A stretch of DNA of 64,000 nt, from the NCBI GenBank assembly GCA_951406725.2, contig OX597826.1:10354001-10418000 (forward strand), read 5' to 3'. A program made the translations under genes and the position numbers. The notes beneath the pieces are model-generated. The model worked only from the letters and a program-made list of their open reading frames with translations. It had not been told where the DNA came from and ran no database searches. Within the stretch, counting starts at the first letter, position 1. Every line of letters begins with the position of its first letter. The stretch is from Octopus vulgaris (lineage: Eukaryota). Of this stretch, positions 26,160-39,614 are shown piece after piece.

Positions 26160-26719
26160 TGTGGCGCTCTCTCCTCCCCTTCCTCCCCTTCCTCTCGGTT
26201 ATTTTCTTGTTTTATTTTTGAATTTAATAATAAACTTCGTCGATCAATTCTTCCTGTTTTTTTTTCTTCTTTCTTTGTCTGATGTCGATTTAGAAATTTT
26301 GTGTTCAAGTAGCTTTTCTGTATAAAAGCCAGAAGAAAAGCCGCGGCACGGGAGGGGGAAGTGAGGGTGAAGAATCTTTACCGACTTAATTCTGTTTTAT
26401 TTGTTTGTTTCTCCTGTTGTATTAGATTTTACTCAATAATAGTTAAACAATGTTGATTTGATTAATTTTATAGAAAATATTTAAAACGATGCAATCTTTG
26501 AATCTTTCATTTTGAATGCCGACTGCTTTAATTTTTGACAACCATGAAATCACTTCAATACCCATCACAGTAACAACCATTCTGATTGAGGAATTCGATC
26601 AATGAAGTCCTACACAACTTTCCTTCACTCTGCTATCCCAACAAAGACGGCTTTCGTTTTTTCCGCAAGTATATGATTAACACCTAGCTGAATGGATACA
26701 GACACCCGTACATACACAC

Positions 26720-27028
26720 ACAGACATGCATGCATGCATACAATACATACATACATACATACATACATACACACATACATACATACATACATACATACAT
26801 ACACATACATACATACACACATACATACATACACACATACATACATACATACATACACATACACACACACATACATACATACACACACACACATACATAC
26901 ATACATACACACACACATACATACACACACACATACACACACACATACACACACACACACATACATACACACACATACATACATACACACACACATACAT
27001 ACACACACACACATACATACATACATAC
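26720..27028. repeat. (CATA/CA)n microsatellite
   Basis: Direct repeat. Confidence 0.95.
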
Positions 27029-27511
27029 GTGTATCTATGGGCCCGGATTGGTTGTGTGGTTAAGAAACTTGCTTCTCAAATACATGGTTACAGGTTCAAT
27101 CCTGCTGCATGGTATCTTGACCAAGTGTTTTCTACTATAGCCCCAAGCAGATCAGAGACTCACGAGTGGATTTGGTAGATAGAAACTGAAAGAAGCGTGT
27201 GTGTGTGTGTGGTGTGTATATGTATATCTTTTTATGTATGTGTTTGTGTCTCCTTGTCTTGACATTGCGTGAGTGTTGTGGTCATACAAGCAATGTCATC
27301 CATATCCAATATTCTGTGAAATCATATCTTGCCATGGGGGAAATATTACCTTGGAAACAGATAAAGGTTAGCAACAGGAAAGGCATCTGGCTGTCTGACT
27401 GTAGAAAATCTGCCTTATTAAACTCTGACTCATTCAAGTATGGAAAAATGGACATAAAAATAATAATGATCTATATATTATGAATCTATTCTATATATTA
27501 TATATATATAT

Positions 27512-27721
27512 ACTCTTTTTACTCTTTACTCTTTTACTTGTTTCAGTCATTTGACTGTGGCCATGCTGGAGCACCGCCTTTAGTCGAGCAACTAGACCCA
27601 AGGACTTATTCTTTGTAAGCCCAGTACTTATTCTATCGGTCTCTTTTGCCGAACCGCTAAGTGACGGGGACATAAACACACCAGCATCGGTTGTCAAGCA
27701 ATGCTAGGGGGACAAACACAG

Positions 27722-27756
<35 letters not shown>

Positions 27757-27928
27757 CATATATACGACGGGCTTCTTTCAGTTTCCGCCTACCAAATCCA
27801 CTCACAAGGCATTGGTCGGCCCGGGGCTATAGTAGAAGACACTTGTCCAAGGTGCCACGCAGTGGGACTGAACCCGGAACCATGTGGTTGGTTAGCAAGC
27901 TACTTACCACACAGCCACTCCTGCGCCT
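27512..27928 (-). mobile_element. SINE-A, young
   Basis: Near-consensus reverse-complement copy. Confidence 0.92.
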
Positions 27929-27959
27929 TTATATATATATATATATATATATATATTCG

Positions 27960-28348
27960 TTTATTCTTTTACTTGGTTTAGTGATTTGACTGTGGTCATG
28001 CTGGAGCACTGCCTTTAGTCGAACGGATCAAACCCAAGACTTGTTCTTTGTAAGACTACTACTTATTCTATTGGTCTCTTTTGCCGAACTACTAAGTTAT
28101 GGGGATATAAACACACCAGCATCAGTTGTCAAGCAATGGCGGGAGGACAAACACAGACACACATGCACAAATATATATATATATATATACGACAGGCTTC
28201 TTTCAGTTTCTGTCTACCAAATCCACTCACAAGGCTTTGGTTAGCCTGAAGCTATAGTAGAAGACGCTTGCCCAAGGTGCCATGCAGTGGGACTGAACCC
28301 AGGACCATGTAGTTGGGAAGCAAGTTTTTTACCACACAGCCACGCCTG
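27960..28348 (-). mobile_element. SINE-A
   Basis: Second copy in tandem. Confidence 0.88.
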
Positions 28349-28453
28349 ATAAAGATAGTTATGGCCAGCCTATGGGGTTACCCTGGGTTTCTTTAAATAC
28401 TCTTCTGCTCTCTAACTTAGAGTGTGCTTCTCTTTCAGATTTATGATTTACTG

Positions 28454-28505
<52 letters not shown>

Positions 28506-28533
28506 CACGCACATATGTATATATGTGTGTGAA

Positions 28534-28775
28534 GATGCATGGCCTAGTGGTTAGGCTGTTGCACTCACGATTGTTAGATCAGGAGTTCAATTCCCAGACC
28601 AGGTGGTGTGTTGTGTTCTTGAGCAAAACACTTCATTCCACACTGCTCCAGTTCCCCTTTTAAACAGGGAGCAATGTTGGCCTGCTTGCCTAGCCAGCAG
28701 AGTAGGATCATTTGAAGGCTAAAGTGCATTGTGACCAGCGATGTGTAACATCTGATAGTTTGGTCAGTCACGATA
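28534..28775 (+). mobile_element. SINE-D (tRNA head plus CORE-like domain)
   Basis: A-box tggcctagtggttagg, B-box gagttcaattcc, then gtgttcttgagcaaaacactt. Confidence 0.7.
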
Positions 28776-28784
28776 TATATATAT

Positions 28785-29135
28785 GCCAGAATGGTTATCT
28801 GGCCTCCATGCCGGTGGCACGTAAAAGACACCATTTGAGCTTGATCGTTACCAGCGTCGCCTTACTGGCACCTGTGCCGGTGGCATGTGTAAAAGATTCG
28901 AGCGAGGTCGTTGCCAGTACCGCCTGACAGGCCCTCATGCTGGTGGCATGTAAAAGCACCCATTACACTCTCGGAGTGGTTGGCATTAGGAAGGGCATCC
29001 AGCTGTAGAAACTCTGCCAGATCAAGATTGGAGCCTGGTGCAGCCATCTGGTTCGCCAGACCTCAGTCAAACCGTCCAACCCATGCTAGCATGGAAGGCG
29101 GACGTTAAACAATGATGATGATGATGATGATGAGG
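28785..29135 (+). mobile_element. SINE-C with internal ggtggcacgtaaaa repeats and (GAT)n tail
   Basis: Three tgccggtggca(c/t)gtaaaa-like units, ttggcattaggaagggcatccagc, ccatgctagcatggaaggcggacgttaaacaatgatgat. Confidence 0.88.
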
Positions 29136-29569
29136 ACTACCACTCTCTCTTACCACTTTACACTGCTCATACACTTTCTATTCAGTCTCATGATTCTTGC
29201 TCCTCTCACCCTCACTCTTCTGTTACCTTGATCTGCATCACTTTCATCTTTATTCCATCACCTTGGACATAGTGTTTCCGTTCAATCTCCATAGCAGCAA
29301 CAATTTTTCAGGTGTCCATCATTCATACACAAACACACACTCTTTTATTTACCTCTCTTGTTTTACTTTTCTAATTCTTCTCTTGTTAGCTGTATAAGAA
29401 ATGAATCTTCTCATTTATCTTCCTGTTGTTTCATTCAATTTGACTCCATAACACTTACACTTTTCGTTATAGTTCTCTGTTTTTGTTTACCATTAGTCCC
29501 TATCTTCTTTCTTGCAGTTGTAATCAGTTCACCTACTTCATTGGGATGTCATTCAATAGAATTTCAGAT

Positions 29570-30370
29570 GCCTTTTTTTAAACAACCCCCACATTTCAGT
29601 TCACTGCAGAGCACAGTCCCGGTGGGAGCTCATTGTCCTCCATACAGATCACTTGTCCCACTCAATGCAGCAGTGATAGACTCAATACTTGACATATTTG
29701 CATGCTGCAGGACCTCCTGGTTGGAGAAGTAGTCACACCAATAAATATTGTAATTGCAGCTGACACAAATGATCATTCCTCAGCTTTTTATAGATACTGA
29801 TGATAGATCGTGTTGGTCTCAACAAAACACAACAGGCAGGATAGTATTTCTGCTAAGTAAACTTTGCATTTTGTTGACAGTTTTATGCCATGTTGTTTCC
29901 ACAACCAATCATTGTTCTTCCTGAAAGTGATCTCACCTGACTTTATGCAGCGGTTCACCTTTGATTCCAGGTTGTTTTTCTTAGAAATCATGTTGTCTAA
30001 ATATGTGAAAATCTTCACCTCTCTTAGAGGCTGATTTGCAACCATGATGATCAAAGGTTCATGTCCCAGCTCTCCAGGTTTTGGCTGGGTCGAGACTTCA
30101 GTCTTTTTCATACTTATTGATTGGCTGAAAACGCATTCGAAATGGCCTATAGTTTTCTGGATGATTTCCTAAGATTGAGTCAACAACAAAAAGAAGTTCA
30201 CAAGGTGCAGGAGTGGCTGTGTGGTAAGTAGCTTGCTTACCATCCACATGGTTCTGGGTTCAGTCCCACTGCATGGCACCCTGGGCAAGTGTCTTCTACT
30301 ATAGCCTTGGGCCAACCAAAGCCTTGTGAGTGGATTTGGTTGACAGAAATTGAAAGAAGCCCGTCGTATG

Positions 30371-30443
<73 letters not shown>

Positions 30444-30860
30444 ATATGTTTGTGTGTCTGTGCTTGTCCCTCAAACATCACTTGACAACCGATGCTGGTG
30501 TGTTTACATCCCCGTAAATTAGTAGTTCGGCAAAAAGAGACCGATAGAATAAGTACTAGGCTTACAAAGAATAAGTCCTGGGGTTGATTTGCTTGACTAA
30601 AGGCGGTGTTCCAGCATGGCCACAGTCAAATGACTGAAACAAGTAAAAGAATAAAAGAAGTTCACAAATACACATATTGTGGAACTTCCTGCTGGATCTA
30701 AGTCTAGATATGTTCAACAATCCACCATCACCTTTTGCACAGATATACACATGGCCTGTGAATTCACCATCTTTTCAACCACAGTACCCAGAAGTAGTAC
30801 AAAAAGTACAGGAGTGAGTATACATCTTTGTTTTACTCCATGGGTGAGTGGAATGGTTCA
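29570..30860 (-). pseudogene. RTE-clade (BovB-like) LINE reverse-transcriptase fragment, split by a SINE-A
   Basis: GVKQRCILTPVLF (RT motif), ICELLFVVD (decayed FADD), KKTEV..QP...FTYL...IS...V.RCI...LW..HGIKLSTKCKVY.A.ILS.LL. Confidence 0.85.
30204..30652 (+). mobile_element. SINE-A with 15-bp TSD
   Basis: aaaagaagttcacaa at 30189-30203 and 30653-30667. Confidence 0.92.
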
Positions 30861-31105
30861 ATTAATGAAATTACCTGATCTGGAATTATTCTGTAAGCAA
30901 ATAATCTACCTGTTACCGACTGGTAACTGTTTTTCAAGTGAGGGATTTATTATTCCAGCAAAATTAAAAAATGCAGTGTTTGCAGATAATTTGTTGAAAG
31001 GAAATATCATCAAATCTCTCTGGTTACGGTGACATCATGGTTTGTTGTTGTAGCTTTTCACAGATTGTAATCTATCACATGCTCACACGCACACCTGCAT
31101 ATATA

Positions 31106-31315
31106 CAGGGTGTCCCAGAAGTCGTGCACCATTCTGGTTTTCGTTTAAAATAATTAAAGCATTTTATTTTGTTATATTTTTTTCGGCATGTTTTATTGTA
31201 GAGGGTGCTCAATTTGAGCATTTGTTACAATTAATTTCAATAAAGTGTTTTTGAAATCAATAAGGCTGTATTCTTTTAAAGAACCAGGATGGTGCACGAC
31301 TTCTGGGACACCCTG
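31106..31315. mobile_element. Tc1/mariner MITE (210 bp)
   Basis: TIR CAGGGTGTCCCAGAAGTCGTGCACCAT / ATGGTGCACGACTTCTGGGACACCCTG with TA on both sides. Confidence 0.92.
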
Positions 31316-31349
31316 TATATATATATATATATATATATCTGTATATATA

Positions 31350-31428
<79 letters not shown>

Positions 31429-31707
31429 GTGTGTGTGTGTGATGAATGAGCAAAAACAAGAAGGAAGTCGAGTTTTCAAAAAGGTGTCATTAGTTTTATG
31501 CTTGAAACGATGAAGGAAAAAAGGTCTTTGACATTTCGGACATTAGAGTGCTTGAACAGAAAAAAAGAAAGGAGGGAATAAAAAAAAGGGGGTGGTTAAG
31601 AGGCAAGTGAGATCACAGTTCTATGAGGAGGAGTTAGGGTGGGAGGAAGAGGTTAGGTATTTTGTGTATTTATAAGAGCATTTATATATATATGTGTGTG
31701 TGTGTGT

Positions 31708-31946
31708 ATACTCTTGTACTCTCTTTTTTACTCTTTTACTTGTTTCAGTCATTTGACTGCGGCCATGCTGGAGCACCTCCTTTTAGTCGAGCAAATCGAA
31801 CCCAGGACTTATTCTTTGTAGGCCTAGTACTTATTCTATCAGTCTCTTTTGCTGAACCGCTAAGTTACGGGGATGTAAACACCAGCATCGGTTGTCAAGC
31901 GATGGGGGACAAGCACAGACACAAACATATACACACACCCACGTAC

Positions 31947-31981
<35 letters not shown>

Positions 31982-32176
31982 TATATGTATATATATATAC
32001 ATATACATACATATATACGACGGGCTTCTTTCAGTTTCCGTCTACCAAATCCACTCATAAGGCTTTGGTTGGCCCGAGGCTGTAGTAGAAGACACTTGTT
32101 CAAGGTGCCATGCAGTGGGACTGAACCCGGAACCATGTGGTTCGTAAGCAAGCTACGTACCACACAGCCACTCCTT
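31708..32176 (-). mobile_element. SINE-A
   Basis: Full-length reverse-complement match. Confidence 0.9.
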
Positions 32177-32321
32177 TCATTAACAGTGACTCAAGGGTTG
32201 AGAGTTTCATGCATTAACACATATCAAACTAGATACAAATCAAGGGGTTATAGATTAAGATACTGGTTTGCATTGCCAAACATATATATTTATGTGTATG
32301 TATGTATATATACACACACAT

Positions 32322-32712
32322 GTAGGTGTGGCTCTGTGGTAAGAAGCTTGTTTCCCATCCACATGGTCCTGGGTTTAGTCCCACTTGGTGGCATCTTGGG
32401 CAAGTGTCTTCTACTATAGCCTAGGGCCAACCAAGGTCTTGTGAATGGATTTGGTAGATATATGTATATCTATGTCTATATCTATGTGTGTGTGTGTCTT
32501 TGTGTCTGTGTTTGTCCCACCACCACCGCCACTTGACAAGCCGTGTTGGTGTGTTTGCATCCCTATAACTTAGCAGTTCAGCTAAAGAGACTGATAGGAG
32601 AAGTACCAGACTTAAAAAATAAGTCCTGGGGCTGATTTATTCAACTAAAGATTCAAGGTGGTGCCCCAGCATGGCCACACTATAATGACTGAAACAAGTA
32701 AAAGATAAAGGA
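32322..32712 (+). mobile_element. SINE-A, older copy head-to-head with the previous one
   Basis: Family match. Confidence 0.85.
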
Positions 32713-33719
32713 TATGTATGTATGTAATTATACACACACATACACATGACGCCCTTCTTTCAGTTTCTGTTTACCAAATTCCTTCACAAACCTTTGGTCA
32801 GCATGGGTTCCAGTAGAAGGTGCCACGCAGTGAACTGAACCTAAAACCATATAGATGTGAAGTGAATTTCTTAACCACGCATACCCAAGTCATTATATAG
32901 GATACTAATTAATATAATAAGTTGGGTCTACTTTTTTCAGTCCAGTATGTTTAGTACATGTAACATAGCAAGTGTTATTTAGTAGACACACTAATATTTA
33001 TTTTATTTAATCAAATTAGTTTAGTTACCACAATTTCCTCCTCCTCCTCCTCCTCCTCCTCATCATCATCATCATCATCATTATTACCATGATGATGATT
33101 GTTATTATTATTACTATTATTATTGTTATTATTAATTCTGTAATTAGATTGCTTAATTATTTTTGATTATTTTAAATTTATTTTTTTGTCTCAATTTTTT
33201 CTTAATCATATTAGAAGTTATTTTAATTTTTAGATATTTTTCTTTGAAATAGAATATCTTCCTTAGTGAATAATATATTGGTTATTTTCCTTTTAGAATT
33301 CTCATTAAGTCATCCTGTCGTCTACTCATAGTTTACATTTAGAATTTATACTGATCAAATGACATTTCCATTGTGAACTAAATAGTATATCTACTGAAAA
33401 GCCTGGTTCTATATACCTGCTCTGTGTATTTGAATTGGTCTCTCTTGGTTTAAATAGAGTAAGAATTTTACCATAAGCATGCTTCAAGTTGCTGGATGGA
33501 ATTGAAGAAACTAAGTATCATATTATATTGATAAATACAATTCCTAAATTGGTCCGCTGAAATACTCCTTTACTCCTTATACAGGTCAAATATTGTTAGA
33601 TTTACTACTATCTATTGCCTTTATAAAGTTCTGTGTTCTGTGTAGTGTGGTATATCTTTGATAAGGATAGGATGATGTTAGATTGATCATAGTTGATCAA
33701 ATATGATATTGATTACTAT

Positions 33720-34033
33720 GCACAGTTACTGTATCACAGATTTTTGGAATTTTCAGGTTTGTCCGAAACGTACATCAGCTGATTAAATAATGTATGATTT
33801 TCCATTCTTTTGTGTGTTAAAATATATGTATGTGTGTATATCTTGTATAGGTATTTGTGTGTATATAAATATATACACGGATACTCTGTGTGGTGTATGT
33901 GTGTTTATATATTTGAAACTGTATCAGAGATTCAGTTCTTTAGGAGTGCAATTGCCACCCTGATACATATAATGGTAATATCAGCTGTAACCCTTTCATG
34001 ACTGGATTTCTAAGGAATAGACAGCTTCTTCAT
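33720..34033 (+). repeat. ~310-bp segment duplicated at 35431-35740
   Basis: gcacagttactgtatcacag...gaatagacagcttcttcat is present twice with small indels. Confidence 0.9.
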
Positions 34034-34839
34034 GGCATGATCTGTGTCCTTATATTTTCGAACAAGGGAATCTAGCACCCCCACTCAGCTCAAAACATAT
34101 ATAAGGACACAGATCATGTCGTATAGCCAGCTGGTGACAATGTCTCCTGGGGCTAAATTACAGTAACATTCGTCCTAAACCAGGACTGCCATGTTATGTT
34201 GGCAAACAGTCTTTACTACAAAGTACTGTTGCTGAGTATCTCATGTGAGATTTAAAGATAGTAATTTTCTAAAGTGCCATTAGTATTGCAGTTTATGTTC
34301 GTGTTCCTTCTACAGGGCTTACAACATACTTGGCACGAATGGGACCAGTAGGTGGAAGACCATCAGGTTGGTTGTGGAAGTGGTGGAAATTGCCTCAAGG
34401 TAGCTGTGGATTAAGAGGTGTGAGCCCTTGAAGGCCTGTGCTGTCAAGGGTAGGGACAATGGACACTAGCTGGCATCTGATCAACCCTGGCTGGGTCACC
34501 TGGGTGAAGATTAGATAAATTTGGTTGGTATTTGGGGCAAGTCTAAGTGACTACAAAGAAGCTCCCTTGTTAAGAATTAGTATCAGATTTTCAGGGGAAA
34601 TTTTCAACAAAGTTGATTACTCAATCAATACATTTCAATGATTATGAAAAATATTTATTGTCTGAAATTCTTAATAGCTAAAAAAAGATTCAACTTTTTC
34701 AGCTATTGTAAAAAAAAAGTTGATGAAATTAGCCTCAAACCAGAGAGCTGACCTGAATGCTTACAACAGAGTGAACACTGTGTATGGTATCCAAGAACCA
34801 GATGTTGGCAATGTTAAAATGGGCAATAGATTAAGTGTA

Positions 34840-35060
34840 TCTTTTCCTTGTTCTAATCATTTGACTGCAGCCATACTGGGACACTGCTTTGAAGGGTTTT
34901 AGTCAAACGAATCGATCCCAGGACTTTTTGTTTTTTTGTAAGCTTAGTACTTATTCTGTCAATCTCTTTTGCCGAATCACTAAGTTGCAGGGGCATAAGC
35001 ACATCAATACCAGTTGTCAAGCAGAGGTAGGGGACAAACACAGACACAAAGGCACTCACG

Positions 35061-35095
<35 letters not shown>

Positions 35096-35265
35096 ACACA
35101 CACATGACAAGCTTCTTTCAGTTTCTGTCTACCAAATCTACTCACAAATCTTTGGTCAGCCCGAAGTTATAGTAGAAGACACTTGCCCAAGGTGCCATGC
35201 AGTGGAGCTGAACCCAGAGCTATGTGGTTGGGAATCAAGCTTCTTGCCACACAACCATGTCTGCT
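34840..35265 (-). mobile_element. SINE-A
   Basis: Family match. Confidence 0.85.
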
Positions 35266-35430
35266 CTTAAATTAAATAATAAAATGAATAACAAAATGTA
35301 CCTAATCCCTGATAAGAAGAGCTACAATCAAAACAGTCATACCAATATAACGTGACCTATAGAACAACATGGATGGTTAGTTTTCTTTTCCAATGTGTGT
35401 GGGTCAGAAAATAAAGGGTTATGACAAATA

Positions 35431-35740
35431 GCACAGTTACTGTATCACAGAATTTTGGGATTTTCAGGTTTGTCCGAAACGTGCATCAGCTGATTAAATA
35501 ATGTATGATTTTTCCATTCTTTTGTGTTTATATATATATATGTATGTGTGTGTATCTTGTGTAGGTATTTGTGTGTATATAAATATATACACGGATACTC
35601 TGTGTGGTGTATGTGTGTTTATATATTTGAAACTGTATCAGTTCTTTAGGAGTGCAACTGCCACCCTGATACATATAAATGGTAATATCAGCTCTAACCC
35701 TTTCATGACTGGATTTCTAATGAATAGACAGCTTCTTCAT
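35431..35740 (+). repeat. Second copy of the ~310-bp duplicated segment
   Basis: See 33720-34033. Confidence 0.9.
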
Positions 35741-37732
35741 TTCTGTGGAACTTGTCTCCTGTATGCTAGTATGGAAAATGGGCATAAAATGATAATGTTG
35801 ATGATGAGGATGAAGATGATGATGCAAATGGGGCTGTACAAACCTTTGGATTAGGAGTTGTCAATCACATGACCATGACAAATGGCAAGGTGTTGTGTGG
35901 CCCATCCAACCCTTGCCAGCATAGAAAAATGAATGGAAAATGATGCTGGTGGTGTTAAGAGGCTGCACATACCATTGGATTAAGAGTCATCCTTCTTGCA
36001 ATGCTTTTAGCTGGGAACTGTCCTGTCATCAATCAATAATTCCTCACTTGATTAACTCTTCTGTACCAATGAACCAACCAGCCAAGCCCTACCCCCTTGG
36101 TTCAATGTTGGCACTCCATGTAAAGCATCCTGTACGTTATATCTTCCTCCTCTTGTTTCATTTGTGGAATTGGTGGTATAAATAATGAACTGAGACAATG
36201 AAACGAAATAAAATAAATAACGGGTATTTAAATATTCATTAGATTTTTACATGTGAATGTTGATGACGATAATCAGATCAAATTCAATGAGCTCGTTTGA
36301 ATTAAAGAAAAAACAAAACAAATAAAATGTTTTGTTTTCGCTAATATAGATTTTTTCTTTACCAACAAGGCATTTATTTTTAAAATTACAATATAATTTG
36401 GTTAATAAATTTCATGAATATAAGTTGAAATTTTTAATTGATTTTTATTGATAAAATTTTCGTTTTTATTTATTTTTTTTAGTTTTTTTTCGAGGATATT
36501 TTCATCAAAATCTTTGGGTAAAAATATATGCTAATAGTATAAAATATATGCCATTGACTTGGTTGAATCAAAATTTAGAATATGAAGACCATGGTTTATT
36601 ATTTAAAGTGGTTTTTTCCACTCATTTCCTCTGATAGCAAGAGTAATTCTATGAGCACAGTTATTTTGTTTAAATATTTCTTTTTCATATTCATTCTTCC
36701 ACGCTAGAATGGATGAGAAATCATTTCAAATTTGGAATATTTACATATTCTAACAGCAATTGTGTTAACTGCAGGATGTCCCCCTTACTGCTAATCTATT
36801 CAATTGTGGTATTTGTGTATAACTTAGTGTTAGTCAGATAAACTGTGACAAATTGAGTTTATATGCTTTGCCAAGGTGCACAATACAGCATTTTAATATG
36901 AGCTCCAACATTATTTATGAATTAATATTGGACTGGGAATTTAAAAGATGATTGAATGGCTGTCGCTTCTCTGGGTTAAAAGTAAGGGTTGGCATCTAAA
37001 AAATGTGTAACCGAGCTGCCTCCTCTCCTAGCTAAACCGGACATCAGTCAAGTTAGTGTTAACACATTTGATGCAGTCAACATTAAATGCTAATTAGAAA
37101 TCATTATTCAGTAGAGAAAAGATGATATTAATCATTGGCTAATATTAGCTTTTTAATACACATTCATTAGATATGGTAACGGTAAGTTAGCTGTATATGC
37201 GTATATATTTTTCACTGATATATGTATAGCAACCAGCACAGATTGCCATCTTCCAAATTCATTCACAAGGTATTGATTGACCTGAGGCTGCAGTAAAAGA
37301 TGTATGTCCAAGAATCTATGCAGTAGGATTGAACCCGATACCATATAATTGCTAATTGAGCTTCTTAACTACTCTTTCATGCCTGCACTCATAGCATTAT
37401 CATAACAGCATGAACCTTATAATGGTCATTACAATTTCTCATCACCCTCATCACCAAACAGCAAAGCCTGTTTAGTCACCAACTGCCTTGCATGGTCCCT
37501 GGTTATATATATAAATGTGTGTGTGTGTGTGTGTGTGCATGTATACACTCACACATACACAGACAGACAAATACACACACACACAAACATTTAGTAGAGT
37601 CACATGTATGTAATAAGTGGAAAAACTTCAAGTAACTCTGTGTGTGACATTTTTCTTGCTCCTGATATATGATAACACATTGAAACAATATGCCATAAGG
37701 GCATTTTCCATAAAAGTACATCTGTCTGTCTC

Positions 37733-37764
<32 letters not shown>

Positions 37765-38312
37765 TCTAAATATGCACATGATATAGATATACACACATAG
37801 GTATACACAAACATATATGTATACGTGTGTATCATCATTATCATTATTTTGCATCCACATTTCATACAAGCATAGGTTAGATGTTATACGGCTGAAGTCA
37901 GCACTTATTACCTACTCACCTAAATGGGTTAGGAAACCTCATCTTGTTCACACAATTTTCGAATTGGTTTCTATGGTTGGATGCTCTTCCTAACACTAAC
38001 CACTTTACAGAGTGTACTGGATGCTTTTCATGTGGCACCAACATTAGAGAGGTGTCATGTCCTCGACAGATCTAAAGGGCCCTTGCAACTTTACACTTTA
38101 ATTAGTGTACTGATTGCCTTCTTTTTGTGATACCAGCATTCAAAAGTATATTCTTGACAGGAACAAAAGGACCTCATGGTCCCATGTCTCTACTCACTTA
38201 CCAGCCCCTTTATCGAGTGAGGGGCTTGATTGCCAGGGACATTAATAGTAGTGGTGAAACAGATGTGTGATAAGTGGTGACTGCAAAGGATACTCAGTGT
38301 TCTGTGAGAAGT

Positions 38313-38680
38313 ATCTTTTATCTTTTACTTGTTTCAGTCATTAGACTGCAGCCATGCTGGGTCACTGCCTTGAAAACTTCTTAGTTGAATGAACTGACTC
38401 CAGTACATTTTTTTAAAGCCTGGTACTTATTGTATCAGTCACTTTTGCTAAACTACTAAGTTATGTGGATGTAAACACACCAACACCGGATGTCAAGCAG
38501 TGGTGGGAACAAAATCAGATACAAAGACACAAACATTCAAACACACACATGCATGCACCCCTCCATATATATGATGGGCTTCTTTCAGTTTCTGTCTACC
38601 AGATCCACTCACAAGGCTGTGGTTGGGGCAAGGCTATAGCAGAAGACACTTGCCTAAGGTACCATGCTGTGGGATTGAGT
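38313..38680 (-). mobile_element. SINE-A, 5'-truncated older copy
   Basis: Family match. Confidence 0.8.
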
Positions 38681-39614
38681 GATGATAGAGGCCTTGGATG
38701 TATGGAATAAATGGTGCTTGAGTCTACTAGCAGAGTGACATGAGGTGTTGACAGGTTGTATGGGTGGAGATGGGTGGTGAAGGTTGAGTGAACTGGATAC
38801 AAGTGGTCCAATACATAAACCATGTGATGGTCCAGAAGGGGTTTAAGTGAAGAATGTGGAAGGACAAGGTGAATGGCAAGTAGGTGGGTCCTGTACCCAT
38901 AACTGGCACAAAGGAATATTGGGTGTAGTGGCATCCTTCACAATTGGTGTTGTGGCATCCTTAGTTACACTGGAAGCGATAGATGGAAAACAGAAGAGAT
39001 CCCATTGCTATCTTCAGTCACACCGGAAGCATGGTATAGCGGGGATTGAGAAGAGGGAGTGATTAAGCAAGAAAAAGAAAAGGAGAGAGAGAGAGAGCAA
39101 TAGGCATGGGTGGAAGAATGCGATGTATGGTGAAGAGAAGATGAGCAATAAAGTTATGGGTGAGAGAGTGCAGTGTGTGACATAGAGAAGAGATCCGCTG
39201 CCATCCTTAGTCATGCTGACAGCTAAGTGCAATAAGACTGAAAAGAGGTGGGAGTGATTGAGAGATGAGCAATAAGCGGTGGCGGCATGGGTGTAGGAAG
39301 GAGGGAAGATAAAAAGCACGGGCGCAGCCGCGAAAGAAACATAGATGACAGTGATATGGTCAATAAAACAGATGAGCGATAGGGATGTGTGATGCGAGGG
39401 ATGAGGGACAGAGGGGCAAGTGACAAGTGGGGGGCGGGGAGAGGGGGGCAAGTGATGCTGGAGTTTGAGGGACGAGAGGCTATAAAAGAAGTGATGACAA
39501 TAAACAGATATGTATGTATGTATGCATATAATATAAACACATATGTACATAGGCATATGCTTAGCAATACAAGACTGTGTATATACAAATATACGTAACA
39601 TTATTGCAGTGTTC

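Noticed and set aside
19200-27028. (GTAT)n and (ATAC)n tracts as inverted ends of one large element around the promoter
   Set aside because: These tetranucleotide repeats are ubiquitous here, and there is no TSD or unique terminal sequence.
28534-28610. tRNA gene
   Set aside because: A and B boxes are present but no closed cloverleaf is evident, and the sequence continues into a SINE body.
36988-37082. Possible hairpin gttggcatc..aaatgtgtaac / gttaacacatttgatgcagtcaac
   Set aside because: The pairing needs several bulges and a long loop; too weak without folding or expression data.
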